A model generated the notes under the pieces. That model was not told the origin of the DNA and searched no databases. It worked only from the letters and a program-made list of their open reading frames with translations. From NCBI GenBank assembly GCA_963796965.1, contig CAWCNS010000005.1:650730-714729 (forward strand): a stretch of 64,000 nt of DNA, given 5' to 3'. Positions 22,665-33,004 of this stretch are shown here, piece by piece. The DNA is from Calditrichia bacterium. GTDB lineage: Bacteria > Calditrichota > Calditrichia > JAJRVZ01. Within the stretch, counting starts at the first letter, position 1; every line of letters starts with the position of its first letter. The position numbers and the translations under genes are program-made.

Positions 22665-24002
22665 CTAAACCTCAAGTAGGTTTTGGGACTGTTTTCTCTT
22701 CCTTCTTTTAATGCTTTGTCTTTTAGAAACAGGAGCATCCTCTGATTTTTCCTGATAGCGACGTTTTAAATTGGAATTAGAACTTCTATTTTTCACAATT
22801 CTGGTTTTATTCCTGTTTTGCCTATCTATTTCCGGATCAAATTCTTTTTGATGTTTCAACATTCCAAAGACGATACGCAGTACCTTATGCATGCATACAC
22901 CAAGAGCTGATGATTTAACATTGCCTCTTTTTAAGTGATTAATATAGACTTCCTTGATTAAGGGATTATAAACTATGCTGCTGCGGGCTACCATGTAAAG
23001 AATTTGTCTGGGTACACTTCGACCTTTTTTACTCATCCGAAAAGCACCTTTCCCATCGCCGCTAATCTTATATACAGGATGAACACCGAAATAGGAAGCC
23101 AGATGTTTTGCTGATGGAAAACGTTCGACAGCAAGGATGTTGAGGATAAGGCCAATGGCTGAATAAATGCCGATACCTTTAAATGATAGCAAAAGATTCA
23201 CTTCCGGCAGATCACAGTGAGTTATCATATACTGTTTATGTTGCTCAATCTTATTTTTCAGATGTAATATCTGTTCGACGGTAGATTTAATAATAAAAGC
23301 GGTTGTTTGATCATCGATAGAGCCGACACTTTGCTTGGCATCGGAAATAAGAGCACAAGCCCGATTATATGATATATAAGGAATCTTTGCCAGGGTCGTC
23401 TCCCTGGTTCTGATTAATTTAGCTGATGAAGGATATGTCTTAAGCAGGAGTAATATCCAATTTGGAATTCCATCTTTGATATGTTTCATCAAAAATGGCA
23501 TCGACGTATAAAGAAGAATATTCAATTGATTTAAAAGTTGTGTTTTTTGTTTTTTATACATTTCAATAAGAGTCCATTGTTTTCTTAGGGAAATGTATGG
23601 GTCGTCAGCATTATAATTCACTTTTTTAGGATAAGAGATCAAATATTCGGCAATGAACTTTGCACTTATAGCATCATCACTATTACGTTCTAATGATGCT
23701 TTATGAAGCGCATTTGGGCCGACCGGGTTTATTCTGGTAGACTTTATGTTCATTATATCAGATAAACGTTTAAACAGGGCAAGCCAGTTATTCTCAAGTC
23801 CGCCAGTACTCTCGACAGCAGAGAATAGGTTCGATCCTGGGTATCGTTTGAAAAAATCACGGATAAAATGATAAAACTGGTTATGCCCTTCAAAGGTATC
23901 ATCTAACTGGAAGACAGATTCAATAACTATTTTGTCACTGTCTAAGATGATAAAGTCGGCATAACCTTTACTTACATCGCAGCCTAGATAATAGTTGGAC
24001 AT
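22665..24002 (-). CDS. IS110-family transposase (DEDD N-terminal domain plus Transposase_20 C-terminal domain)
   Basis: The 445 aa ORF has the N-terminal YLGCDVSKGYADF. Its C-terminal domain has FKGIGIYSAIG...YFGVHPVYKISGDGKGAFRMSKKGRSVPRQILY with the conserved Ser. It ends in a K/R-rich tail. Confidence 0.65.
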   Translation of the reverse strand: MSNYYLGCDVSKGYADFIILDSDKIVIESVFQLDDTFEGHNQFYHFIRDFFKRYPGSNLFSAVESTGGLENNWLALFKRLSDIMNIKSTRINPVGPNALHKASLERNSDDAISAKFIAEYLISYPKKVNYNADDPYISLRKQWTLIEMYKKQKTQLLNQLNILLYTSMPFLMKHIKDGIPNWILLLLKTYPSSAKLIRTRETTLAKIPYISYNRACALISDAKQSVGSIDDQTTAFIIKSTVEQILHLKNKIEQHKQYMITHCDLPEVNLLLSFKGIGIYSAIGLILNILAVERFPSAKHLASYFGVHPVYKISGDGKGAFRMSKKGRSVPRQILYMVARSSIVYNPLIKEVYINHLKRGNVKSSALGVCMHKVLRIVFGMLKHQKEFDPEIDRQNRNKTRIVKNRSSNSNLKRRYQEKSEDAPVSKRQSIKRRKRKQSQNLLEV

Positions 24003-24298
24003 ATAATGACTCCTTTACTTGTTAAATGTAAAACCAGACATCATCAGCCTTGTAAAAATACGGCATCTTAGTGCCAAGTTATTAACCGACTTTTATCTGG
24101 CAGCCGGAAGAAACTCTGTGACGGTCTCCGAGACCAGGACACGGACCTCCTTACATGCCAGATTATCTAGGTTTTATAAAACATAAACAAGTAAAGTGTT
24201 AGTTAAATCTTTTAACTTTAAACATACAAGTACACGGAGTAATCTATTAATTTTATTTGAGTTAATACCGTTTCTCTTTATCTCCCCTCTGTGATCTC
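24003..24298 (-). ncRNA. Candidate IS110 bridge-RNA / 5' leader region; speculative
   Basis: This is a 296 bp non-coding stretch immediately 5' of the IS110 recombinase ORF. In IS110-subgroup elements the bridge RNA is encoded at this position. No structure could be verified by eye. Confidence 0.2.
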
Positions 24299-24635
24299 TT
24301 ATAATATGACTCCCTTATTCCCTTTTTTAATTGCTTCAACACATTTCAATTCACCAATCACCTTGTTTTCGATCAAATAATCTAATCGATAATTACCAAT
24401 AGGATTGCCCTTATATTCAATCTCGAGTTGTTTCTGTCTTTTATACTCAATTCCCCGTGACTTTAACTCATGCGCCATGGCTTCTTCATATAAATTTTCC
24501 AATAAACCTGGTCCAAGTGAAGAATGAACTTTCCCGATAAATCGGGACAAAGGTGATTATTTTTTCAGTAATATCATTAAAAGGATATTCTTTAGGAGTT
24601 CTCAGAGTATTTCTCTGTGGCCTCTGTGGTTTCAT
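24299..24635 (-). pseudogene. GxxExxY family protein (PD-(D/E)xK-like) with a frameshift near 24555
   Basis: The 83 aa ORF has LGPGLLENLYEEAMAHELKSRGIEYKRQ...YRLDYLIENKVIGELKCVEA (GxxExxY motif). The N-terminal ~25 aa (MKPQRPQRNTLRTPKEYPFNDITEKII) lie in another frame starting at the ATG at 24635. Confidence 0.5.
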
Positions 24636-24728
24636 CTTTTACTCCAATTTTTCATTGTTTCATAGAACTTTTGACACTACCCATACTACTGAATATAGGG
24701 TCGATCATATCAGATTTAATTCTCCTTT

Positions 24729-25133
24729 TTATCCGACATGATCTCCAATTAAGACCCATTTATCTTTCTGCCTTAATAGTATATCCGTATTACGTCCCTT
24801 TTTTGAACGTTCCAACCCGTCTTTGTTTTTATACGCAGTAGAATAATAGTAATGAACAATTGCCACATCATTAAATATGTTAATCGCTACAGGGGTTATA
24901 TTATAAGAAGCAATTTTCCGGTTGGGGAGAATTTGCAATTCTTTTTTAATATCAGTTCTATTTACCGGCATTAAATCACAATTATTCCAACCAGCATAAT
25001 CTTTATGAAAAAAGTCCGTAAAACCTTTCACATCGCCCTTCAGGATCAGATTTGTATAGGTTTCAACATTTCCCCATACTTCCTTTTGGGCCGGATTCCA
25101 TTCTTTTTTTGATAAAGGAAGTACCATTTTCAA
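24729..25133 (-). CDS. SnoaL-like / NTF2-like (DUF4440-type) small protein
   Basis: The 134 aa ORF has an alpha+beta cone-fold pattern similar to ketosteroid-isomerase-like proteins. The assignment is by general similarity only. Confidence 0.4.
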   Translation of the reverse strand: MKMVLPLSKKEWNPAQKEVWGNVETYTNLILKGDVKGFTDFFHKDYAGWNNCDLMPVNRTDIKKELQILPNRKIASYNITPVAINIFNDVAIVHYYYSTAYKNKDGLERSKKGRNTDILLRQKDKWVLIGDHVG

Positions 25134-25400
25134 GTGTAATTTATTTCTACTGGTACAATAATAACATTGGTAAAAGATATTTCATTGTATAAATCAGACA
25201 TATCATTGTAAAAAAAAGACATTTATGGTACGAGTGGTATAACTTTGGGGATAGTAATGGCCGTTCGCGAATGGCCATCGTCAGGTACGTGAAGTACATT
25301 ATCTCTTATTGAAATACTTAGTAAATGGTGTTTTGATCACCATATGTGGAGCGGCGTGATTAATCGTGCCTTTACCATTTGTAATAAAATTGTACTTGAT

Positions 25401-26228
25401 CTATTTGATAAGATCGGTAAAATACTTTAATGCGATATGTTTGTCACTCTTAATAAATTCATTGGGTGTGAAACCGGTTAATTCTTTGAAACGATTTGTA
25501 AAATGGGCGAGGTCATAAAATTCTGCTTGGAAGGCAAGCTCCTGCACAGAGGAGTATTTTTTTGAATGCATCAGATTAATCACATAATGTAGTTGAAAAA
25601 TTTTTGAATAGCATTTTGGTGTGATGCCGACTATCTCCCGAAATTTTCGATCAAATTGGCGTTCACCAATCCCTATATCTTTTATTAATTCATTTATTTG
25701 AAAACTACCATTATATTTCTCAATAATATTCAGTGCCTTCTCAATATAATCATTAAAAGGCAAAGCCTTTGGAATTCGCTCACGGAGAAAATCCTCGAGC
25801 ACTTCAATTTGCTGCTCACCATTATCCGACATAATCAATTCTTCATCTAGTAGAGTTTTTAATTGGGAAGAAATGAGATCACCTAAATCAGATAAATTAT
25901 TGGTAAATCTGGAGGGAGAAATATGAAAGAGATAATAGAATCCAGATGCCGTAAATTCAATTAATATCTGGCATAAACTGCCATCATATTCTACATAGAT
26001 ATCATCATTGATCTTGGGACCGGCGATTTGCAACCTGGATTTTGGTTGGATTCTCCTGTTATTGAAATAGGAGGCCGGAATATCCTTAAAATTATAAGAA
26101 AGATAGGTAAAAGCACTGGGCATGAGCTTTTGTTTGTATTGGATGATTTTCTTACTCTTAAAGACTGAGATCTTCCTGATATACTTTGAAAGATCTGGAT
26201 TTGGATCAATGTGGATGATATCTATCAT
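25401..26228 (-). CDS. AraC family transcriptional regulator
   Basis: The 275 aa ORF has a C-terminal HTH_18-type AraC DNA-binding domain (ELAFQAEFYDLAHFTNRFKELTGFTPNEF). Confidence 0.8.
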   Translation of the reverse strand: MIDIIHIDPNPDLSKYIRKISVFKSKKIIQYKQKLMPSAFTYLSYNFKDIPASYFNNRRIQPKSRLQIAGPKINDDIYVEYDGSLCQILIEFTASGFYYLFHISPSRFTNNLSDLGDLISSQLKTLLDEELIMSDNGEQQIEVLEDFLRERIPKALPFNDYIEKALNIIEKYNGSFQINELIKDIGIGERQFDRKFREIVGITPKCYSKIFQLHYVINLMHSKKYSSVQELAFQAEFYDLAHFTNRFKELTGFTPNEFIKSDKHIALKYFTDLIK

Positions 26229-26285
26229 CGATTTATACCCCTTTGAAAGTCATCCAAATTATTAATCTAGAGCAATTTTATGCTC

Positions 26286-27038
26286 TTACATTCCATGTGG
26301 CACATTCAAGGCATCAAGCATTAATCCAGCCAGGACGCTGTTACCCTTCTTGTTCAAATGAACCGTATCACTCGTCAATATTCCTTTCTCCACATTCTCA
26401 GGATTGTACTCTTTGAGATAGACCATAAAAGCCTTTCTCAGATCAAGGAGTTGTGAACCCGTTTCCCTGGCAACCTTACGGCTTATATCGGAATATTCGT
26501 CAAGCATTTTATCGTACTCATTTGTGCCATCCACTTTTTCACCAATAACCGTGGGTGTACATAAAATTACCCTTGCTCCGGCTGACTTAATCTTACTAAT
26601 CATATCCTTTAAGCCTGCCTCATAAACATCCTTTGGCGTGCCATTATCCCTTTTCCAATGCCAAACATCGTTTATGCCAATATAGATCACGACTATCGTA
26701 GGATTCTTTTGAAGTACATCGCGGTCAAGACGTTTTTGGCAGTCAGGCACTTTATGCCCGCCAATGCCTGCCCCAATGACTTTAACTCCCAGATCCGGGT
26801 ATGCATTTGCAATACTCTTAGAAACCAGGGTCACATAGCCTTCTGGTTTGACACCGGCAGCAGTGATCGAATCGCCCAAGTAGACGATCGTCTCATTTTT
26901 TTTGAGGATCTGTAAGTCAGAAGATGTACAACCGTTCAACAAGGTGTACGCAATGCCGACGATACTGCTAATTTTCATAATTTTTTTCATCATCTGAGAC
27001 TCCGTTTCAGTTTCTGGATTGAGTAAAATATAAATCAA
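26286..27038 (-). CDS. SGNH/GDSL hydrolase family esterase, secreted
   Basis: The 250 aa ORF has a signal peptide, the GDS block IVYLGDSITAAG, and a C-terminal DxxH-type catalytic region. Confidence 0.75.
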   Translation of the reverse strand: MIYILLNPETETESQMMKKIMKISSIVGIAYTLLNGCTSSDLQILKKNETIVYLGDSITAAGVKPEGYVTLVSKSIANAYPDLGVKVIGAGIGGHKVPDCQKRLDRDVLQKNPTIVVIYIGINDVWHWKRDNGTPKDVYEAGLKDMISKIKSAGARVILCTPTVIGEKVDGTNEYDKMLDEYSDISRKVARETGSQLLDLRKAFMVYLKEYNPENVEKGILTSDTVHLNKKGNSVLAGLMLDALNVPHGM

Positions 27039-27217
27039 TTAAAAATTAGATTCAGACAATATTGTTTTTCTAAAACAGTATTCTTTATAACGCAGAGACG
27101 CTTAGTTCGTAAAGTTCCACCAAGTTTCATTTGAATGCCTAATAGTTTATAATTTTCATTGCATTCTACAAACTCAATGTTGAAAAAGTATTCTACATTT
27201 TACTTCAAATATATTTT

Positions 27218-29755
27218 TCATTTTTTTCGGTAAAATATTATCTGTGAGCCCGGACATTCTGAGATAGTAACAACCAGTTTTTCTTCCCCAGATTGGATTC
27301 TCTTCTCGCTGTTGTCCTCAACAAAAAATTCGTATTCCTGATCAGAATTAAGTTCTCTAATTTGAATCTCCTGAACAGGATCCGGGTTCTCCGGACGGCG
27401 GAAAAGGATTACCGCCCCATCATCAAATTCGGGACGATGAAACTGGTATCCATACCAGACATCCAGGTCAGGTATATGATGAAACAACGGGTAGAAATCG
27501 CCCAGCAGATAGGGACGCATTTTTTTATATATGGCCGTCGTTCGTTTTACTGCGTCGCGCGTATGAGAATCTGCCGAATTTTGCCTAAACCATCCCCCCG
27601 GAAATGGGACCGTAGAAAAATAAAACCCACTAACATTCCCTCTGTTGATTATTTTGATCAACAGTTCATTTTTTCCCTTTTTCAGAGGCAGATCAATTTT
27701 AGAATCGTCAACGGCAAGACTACGTCCTACATCTTCCCCCTTAACAAACGTACCATTGACAAAAACCTTATACCCATCATTACTCCCTAAATAAATCCGA
27801 CAGTTGGTATCATAAGAAACTGTTATATCACGATATACATAGCTGGCATGATGGTTCTCTGGATCGAATGAATCGAATACATATTGCTCACCATTTTCCC
27901 ATTCCGGTTTCTTCAGCCATTTTAATCCACCGTTTTCAAATGTCCGGTTAAGGTTAACACCGTTTTCAGGTGCAAAAGAAAAGGAATATGGGTCTTTATT
28001 TTTATTGATAAATGGGCCAGTAAAATACCAGGATCCAAGTGTCAATCCTGAATTATTGAGGTTCTTAATTTCACGTGTACGATGCAATGCACGTAGACTG
28101 TCATTATCATGGTTGGTAAATACACCGCCACTGGCCATGGCACTGCGGAAATTATAGCTGGGTTCATAGCCATAGTCACCACAGCCATGCAGGGGAATCC
28201 AGCGGTACAATCCACCATTCTGTAACTGGTCCGCCTCCGGATCCTCCACAAGGCATTGTAGATCACTATGCCAGAGAGGAAGACCGCGGGATATAGTTTC
28301 CAGGTCAATACGGCGCCCACCACTGGCACAATTATCGAGAGACATGTGAGGATGGCGTCTGAACAATTCATCCCAAAATGCATAAAGTCCCTCAATGTGA
28401 CGAATTTCTGTCATCCCCTGACGATCTTCAGTATCCGTATTCTGCCAGAATTCCAACGGATCCAGGTTAAAATCATACCGTAACCAATCGATATTGGCAG
28501 CAGTGATTTGCTCATCAATATGTTCAAGCAACCAGGCCCGGGCTTCAGGGATATCCATACGAAATAAAAATTGATCCAGCACTTCCACCGGACCCTTTTT
28601 ATTCAACCATTGTGGATGCATTTTGTCAATCCTGCTGCCGGCTGCCGCCCGTTCCGGTTCAAACCAGAGCAGATACCCCATCCCTGCATTATGTGCCGCC
28701 TGGCCAATCGGTCCCATACCATTTGGATATTTTTTTGGATCCGGGTACCACGTGCCTGTACCGGAAGGGAATCCCTTGGGATACCAATGTTGTGGATCCA
28801 TATCGGACCAGAAAGTTTCAATCCCACGTTCAGCCAGAATTGGCATCACCCTTAGATGTGGTGCTTCATAAGTCCCATCCGGTGCTGTGTCTGTCACACT
28901 GGCCATAACCGGCGGCATAACCAGTTTACCGTTTCGACGGGGCAGATAATGTTTGATTAAGATCTGACGCATTAAATTGTTACCATCAATCGGCTCATCC
29001 CCATCCCAAAAAGCCAGCAACATCCGCGGCGTTCGAATCGTTTCTCCGGGTAACAATTTCAAATGTGTGTGCTGCATGCCCCCCTTAATGGAGAGCTGGT
29101 CAGGTGCTTCAACTCCGAATTGGGCTTCCCACTGACCTGACCAACCCAAAGCAATAGCGATTCCTCCGTTTTCCCAATCCAGGTTAAAAAAGGGTAAATA
29201 TCCGTCTGAAGAGGAGCGGCCTTTATGAGCTGATAATATCACCGGGGAATCAGCATTGAGATTGGTTGATGAAGGACGGAAACTTTCTGCAGAATTATAG
29301 TCACCCGTGCTGGTATGCAGTGTTATTTGAGCTGCGTCCGGTAAAACAATTTCATTGTTAAGAGGAAGTATTTGCTCTATAATGGGTGTATCCCTCTCGC
29401 CTCTGTTGCTAAAATGGAGTACCCATTCCACTGCTGGAAAATCCTGGTAGATTAACGCCGTGCTTCGAACAAGCAATCCTGTTGTAGGATCCAAATACTC
29501 GGTTATTTGCTGTACGCGATTGGGGTCAAGTATCTGCTGGCTTGTGCTTACTGTCCAATTAGTTAGTAAATTTTTGGAAGGTTTTCCATCATAGATGAAA
29601 GAGAAATAGGGTTGACTTGTCTGCGGATCATTAAACCGCTGGCTGATCCATTCTTTCGTGACAGTATTTTTATTTGTCATTTCACAGGCATTAAAACTGA
29701 AAAGGAGCAATAGAATCCAAAGACAGATTTTTAGTAAATGGAGGACAATTTTCAT
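27218..29755 (-). CDS. GH36-like glycoside hydrolase (alpha-galactosidase / alpha-N-acetylgalactosaminidase clan) with a C-terminal beta-sandwich domain
   Basis: The 845 aa ORF has a signal peptide. DWLRYDFN and LDNCASGGRRIDLE...LWHSD resemble the GH36 KWD.N and CxSGGGR blocks. Assignment to GH36 is not certain. Confidence 0.5.
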   Translation of the reverse strand: MKIVLHLLKICLWILLLLFSFNACEMTNKNTVTKEWISQRFNDPQTSQPYFSFIYDGKPSKNLLTNWTVSTSQQILDPNRVQQITEYLDPTTGLLVRSTALIYQDFPAVEWVLHFSNRGERDTPIIEQILPLNNEIVLPDAAQITLHTSTGDYNSAESFRPSSTNLNADSPVILSAHKGRSSSDGYLPFFNLDWENGGIAIALGWSGQWEAQFGVEAPDQLSIKGGMQHTHLKLLPGETIRTPRMLLAFWDGDEPIDGNNLMRQILIKHYLPRRNGKLVMPPVMASVTDTAPDGTYEAPHLRVMPILAERGIETFWSDMDPQHWYPKGFPSGTGTWYPDPKKYPNGMGPIGQAAHNAGMGYLLWFEPERAAAGSRIDKMHPQWLNKKGPVEVLDQFLFRMDIPEARAWLLEHIDEQITAANIDWLRYDFNLDPLEFWQNTDTEDRQGMTEIRHIEGLYAFWDELFRRHPHMSLDNCASGGRRIDLETISRGLPLWHSDLQCLVEDPEADQLQNGGLYRWIPLHGCGDYGYEPSYNFRSAMASGGVFTNHDNDSLRALHRTREIKNLNNSGLTLGSWYFTGPFINKNKDPYSFSFAPENGVNLNRTFENGGLKWLKKPEWENGEQYVFDSFDPENHHASYVYRDITVSYDTNCRIYLGSNDGYKVFVNGTFVKGEDVGRSLAVDDSKIDLPLKKGKNELLIKIINRGNVSGFYFSTVPFPGGWFRQNSADSHTRDAVKRTTAIYKKMRPYLLGDFYPLFHHIPDLDVWYGYQFHRPEFDDGAVILFRRPENPDPVQEIQIRELNSDQEYEFFVEDNSEKRIQSGEEKLVVTISECPGSQIIFYRKK

Positions 29756-30154
29756 ACAGCAGTAACTCCGGAATTAAATGATAACTAGTAGTATCGTATA
29801 AAAACAGACAGAAACGTATAGTAAAATTGGCAGATCCAGGTATGAAATCAATTAATAAAGCCTAAATGAATAAATATTTTCCACACCACCGTTCTGTCAA
29901 ACATGCGAAATTCTTTTCCTGATCAAGGCTCGTTTTTTTATTTTACCTCTACGAAATGGATGAAGTCTCCAATCGGAAAAATGGTTATTGGCTGATTTCC
30001 AAATGATGCGGACCAGAAAACTAATAAGTTCTCTTCTTCTTCACCACATAGGCCCTATTCACCCACATCCTCCGGACAGAGAGGTTATGGATGTTCTAAT
30101 TGTGAGAATAAAATAGAAAAGGGGGAGAGAAAAAGTCTCAGAAAAATTGTTATT

Positions 30155-30574
30155 TTATTCTATAAATTCGATCACATCGGCAGTGATAAAATATTTCGCT
30201 TGTGTATAGACGAGTGTATTCAGCACCTCTGAATCCTGGCGGATGTTTATTAATGCTAATTTTTTTCCATCCGTGCTACCGTATTTTTCGCGATAGTTGG
30301 CCCATAATTCCTTTATTGCTGAATCGTAGAGTTTCTCAACACCACTGACTTTGATCAAGGCAAACGTACCAATATCAGAGCCTGCAGAATAGCTGAGTCC
30401 AATCAGGTATCCCTGCATCGATGAACCATGCATATCTTTGGCTACAATATTAAAATTTGGTTCGGACAACTCTACATTGGTCACATGTGTGGCCCGGAAG
30501 GCACCTCCGGTTCCACAGGATGAGAATGAAACTAAAAATAGAATCACCATTAATAGAAATAGAATTCTTTGCAT
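30155..30574 (-). CDS. Hypothetical lipoprotein
   Basis: The 139 aa ORF has an SSCGTGG lipobox and no recognisable domain. Confidence 0.5.
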   Translation of the reverse strand: MQRILFLLMVILFLVSFSSCGTGGAFRATHVTNVELSEPNFNIVAKDMHGSSMQGYLIGLSYSAGSDIGTFALIKVSGVEKLYDSAIKELWANYREKYGSTDGKKLALINIRQDSEVLNTLVYTQAKYFITADVIEFIE

Positions 30575-30678
30575 TAAAAAGTTCCTTTCTTGATATTGAA
30601 TTCTTCAAGTTATTAATTTCACTACATATAGTGGCATAAAATAACAGTTGCATTGCTAATTATCAATTAGCGCGTTTT

Positions 30679-31917
30679 TTAAGAATCATCATCTAAAATA
30701 GCCTTGTCCACTTCAAAAGGTATCACATCCCAGTTCTCAATAAGTTGTGGTTTCTTATTTTTATCAATCCAGAAGATCTTATCAATCTTTATTTCATGAT
30801 ATCCACGTTCCAAGCAATCCACGGCAATTTTTGTGATGATCCCTTTCTGATTGCTATTTTCGTTCTGTATGCCATACCATCTCAATCCGGATATCATCTT
30901 ATCGTCCATATAAATATGGTACAATGATTTTAAATCTATTCCGGTGCTATCAGTCAGTATATCCAAACTCTTGAGTGAGGCTGGCTTCTCGGTCAAATTT
31001 TGTATCGTATATAAATCTTCTTTGTAAAAACTAATAAATAATTCAATCGAATTATCCTCTATCCAGAATTGATCGATTGCGGCTTTCGATATTCTTAAAC
31101 TTTTATCTCTGGTATTTTTATAATGGTCTTTATTTAATTGAATGATTGTACTCTTAATAGTTTTGTCTGCATTGCTCTCATTTTTAAAATCAAATTCAAA
31201 AATTTCTGAAAGAGAGAGGAGACTAATTATGGTAAAATACAAAACAAACAACAGAAATGTCTTTATCTTACCCATATTTGTAAAATAAGTCGTGAGAATA
31301 TTGCTTAGAATTGAATTTTCTGCAGAATCCACTATTTTTGATTTCTTTTTCCTATTGGCCAAAACAATCCATATTATTCCCAAAATGATATACAAGGGAA
31401 TTATAATATATAGAATAACTACTCTAATCGTCGAAATGTCAAATCCTGCAATAAACAATAAGGCAAAGGGGATCATACCAATGCAAAAACTACCCACAAA
31501 GATAATTGAAGAGAATATAAATGAGAATAACAGGCTGCAGACTTTTTCTAATCTGATAACGAATATTTCAGGTTTATGGAAGTTAATTTTTCTTTTGGAT
31601 TCGGGCATGTTTTGTTTATTCACACCATCCGGAAAAACATAACTTAAACCGACAAATCCTGTCCAGATCCCTCTTAGGATAAGGTGAAAGATCAATCCGA
31701 TTTTCAACCCATTTAATATAATTATTGAGACAACATAGATGTTTCTTCCCACCACATATCTGACATTTAGCTCCTGGATGAGCATTCCATAAAAATTATA
31801 GATATAATTCGAGAGGAGAAAAAGAAATGTAAGGATAATCCCTGAGATTAATATTTCAGGTTCCCAACTTTTGTTTTGGGTATCAATTAACCATTTTGGT
31901 GTTTTAGCATCAGGCAT
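30679..31917 (-). CDS. Hypothetical polytopic membrane protein with a C-terminal soluble domain
   Basis: The 412 aa ORF has about seven hydrophobic segments in its first 250 aa and no recognisable domain. Confidence 0.5.
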   Translation of the reverse strand: MPDAKTPKWLIDTQNKSWEPEILISGIILTFLFLLSNYIYNFYGMLIQELNVRYVVGRNIYVVSIIILNGLKIGLIFHLILRGIWTGFVGLSYVFPDGVNKQNMPESKRKINFHKPEIFVIRLEKVCSLLFSFIFSSIIFVGSFCIGMIPFALLFIAGFDISTIRVVILYIIIPLYIILGIIWIVLANRKKKSKIVDSAENSILSNILTTYFTNMGKIKTFLLFVLYFTIISLLSLSEIFEFDFKNESNADKTIKSTIIQLNKDHYKNTRDKSLRISKAAIDQFWIEDNSIELFISFYKEDLYTIQNLTEKPASLKSLDILTDSTGIDLKSLYHIYMDDKMISGLRWYGIQNENSNQKGIITKIAVDCLERGYHEIKIDKIFWIDKNKKPQLIENWDVIPFEVDKAILDDDS

Positions 31918-32184
31918 CTTGTCTCACTGTATTAATTATTTTATGGTTATGATAATCTCGCATTTGAAAATGGTGCCAATTAGACCCTGTTTACTTATCA
32001 AAGATCCTTTTCTAAGGGTTTTGTAAATCATACTTGCCACAGGCTATCACAGACTTTGTAAAAATATTAAAAGAGTATTTGGCTATAAATATTATCAAAC
32101 TTATTGGAGTCTGTGTACGGCAGTGGCAAATTTATTTTATTGAAACAGCCTAATAGAGGGAGATACGCGATGTTTGGCGTAAAA

Positions 32185-32601
32185 CTAGTCTATTTTTTCG
32201 CTCCAAACAATTTCACCCTCATCTTCAGCAGATCTCAGAATCTGGATACCCGCCCGCCAGGGAAGATTATTGTCTGGCCTGGTGATTTTTAGTAAAAAAG
32301 AATCATCCGGCTCCAACTCTACTAAAAAGAGACCCGTACCACACCACCCCGGTCCGGAATTTTCCCAACTTTCATTATTGTAAACCGACCATTGAAATAC
32401 AGGAGATCTCTCTTCGTAACCCCAATACCATACGGATTCATCAGAGGTGTTTGATACTCTGAATTCATAGAGATTGTTCTGATTCTCCCCGGTATAGTAA
32501 ATTGCAACATCGGTTACGATCGGAGAAAGGTCTTTTTTACATGAAAGGAGTGAAATGGTTAAAAGGATGATTGCCAAAAATGTCTTTATCGCGTCATTCA
32601 T
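32185..32601 (-). CDS. Hypothetical lipoprotein
   Basis: The 138 aa ORF has an LLSCKKD lipobox and no recognisable domain. Confidence 0.5.
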   Translation of the reverse strand: MNDAIKTFLAIILLTISLLSCKKDLSPIVTDVAIYYTGENQNNLYEFRVSNTSDESVWYWGYEERSPVFQWSVYNNESWENSGPGWCGTGLFLVELEPDDSFLLKITRPDNNLPWRAGIQILRSAEDEGEIVWSEKID

Positions 32602-33004
32602 TTATTCTCTCACAATAGATAGCTAACACATAGCCCCATGTAATTTCTATTGCCACTGATAGTTGAAGATAATTTAAGCAGAAATAGTGATATTTGTTTA
32701 AAAATATTTCAATGATTTATAAAATTGGAGGGATTTTGATCATATGGTCAATTTTGGGGAGAGGTCGGAGATGCGTCAAATCAGGCTCTTGCAGAAAAAC
32801 ATGTGGAGATAAGATTTATCCTCATCCGGCACAGCGGAATTCGTTTGAAATGACATATCAAGGGGTCATTTCGACTGAGAAATTGAATTATATTCATTTT
32901 TGTTGGAGAAATCTAATAACCCCAGCCAATCTGCAACACCCTGAACTGTTTAGGTCCAGGGGTAATGTCCTGTTCGTGAATCACAATTTACAAACGCATC
33001 CCAA

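Larger units (their letters stand above)
22559..24298. mobile_element. IS110-family insertion sequence; boundaries approximate and taken as the intergenic limits
   Basis: It contains a DEDD/RuvC-like transposase ORF with a long 5' non-coding leader (24003-24298). A 10 bp perfect inverted repeat (22633-22642 / 22670-22679) spans the ORF stop. IS110 elements lack classical terminal inverted repeats. Confidence 0.5.

Noticed and set aside
28571-28908. Cluster of overlapping 74-98 aa ORFs on both strands inside the GH36-like gene
   Set aside because: All are nested within the intact 845 aa CDS. They are Pro/Arg/Gly-rich translations of GC-richer coding sequence and have no independent support.
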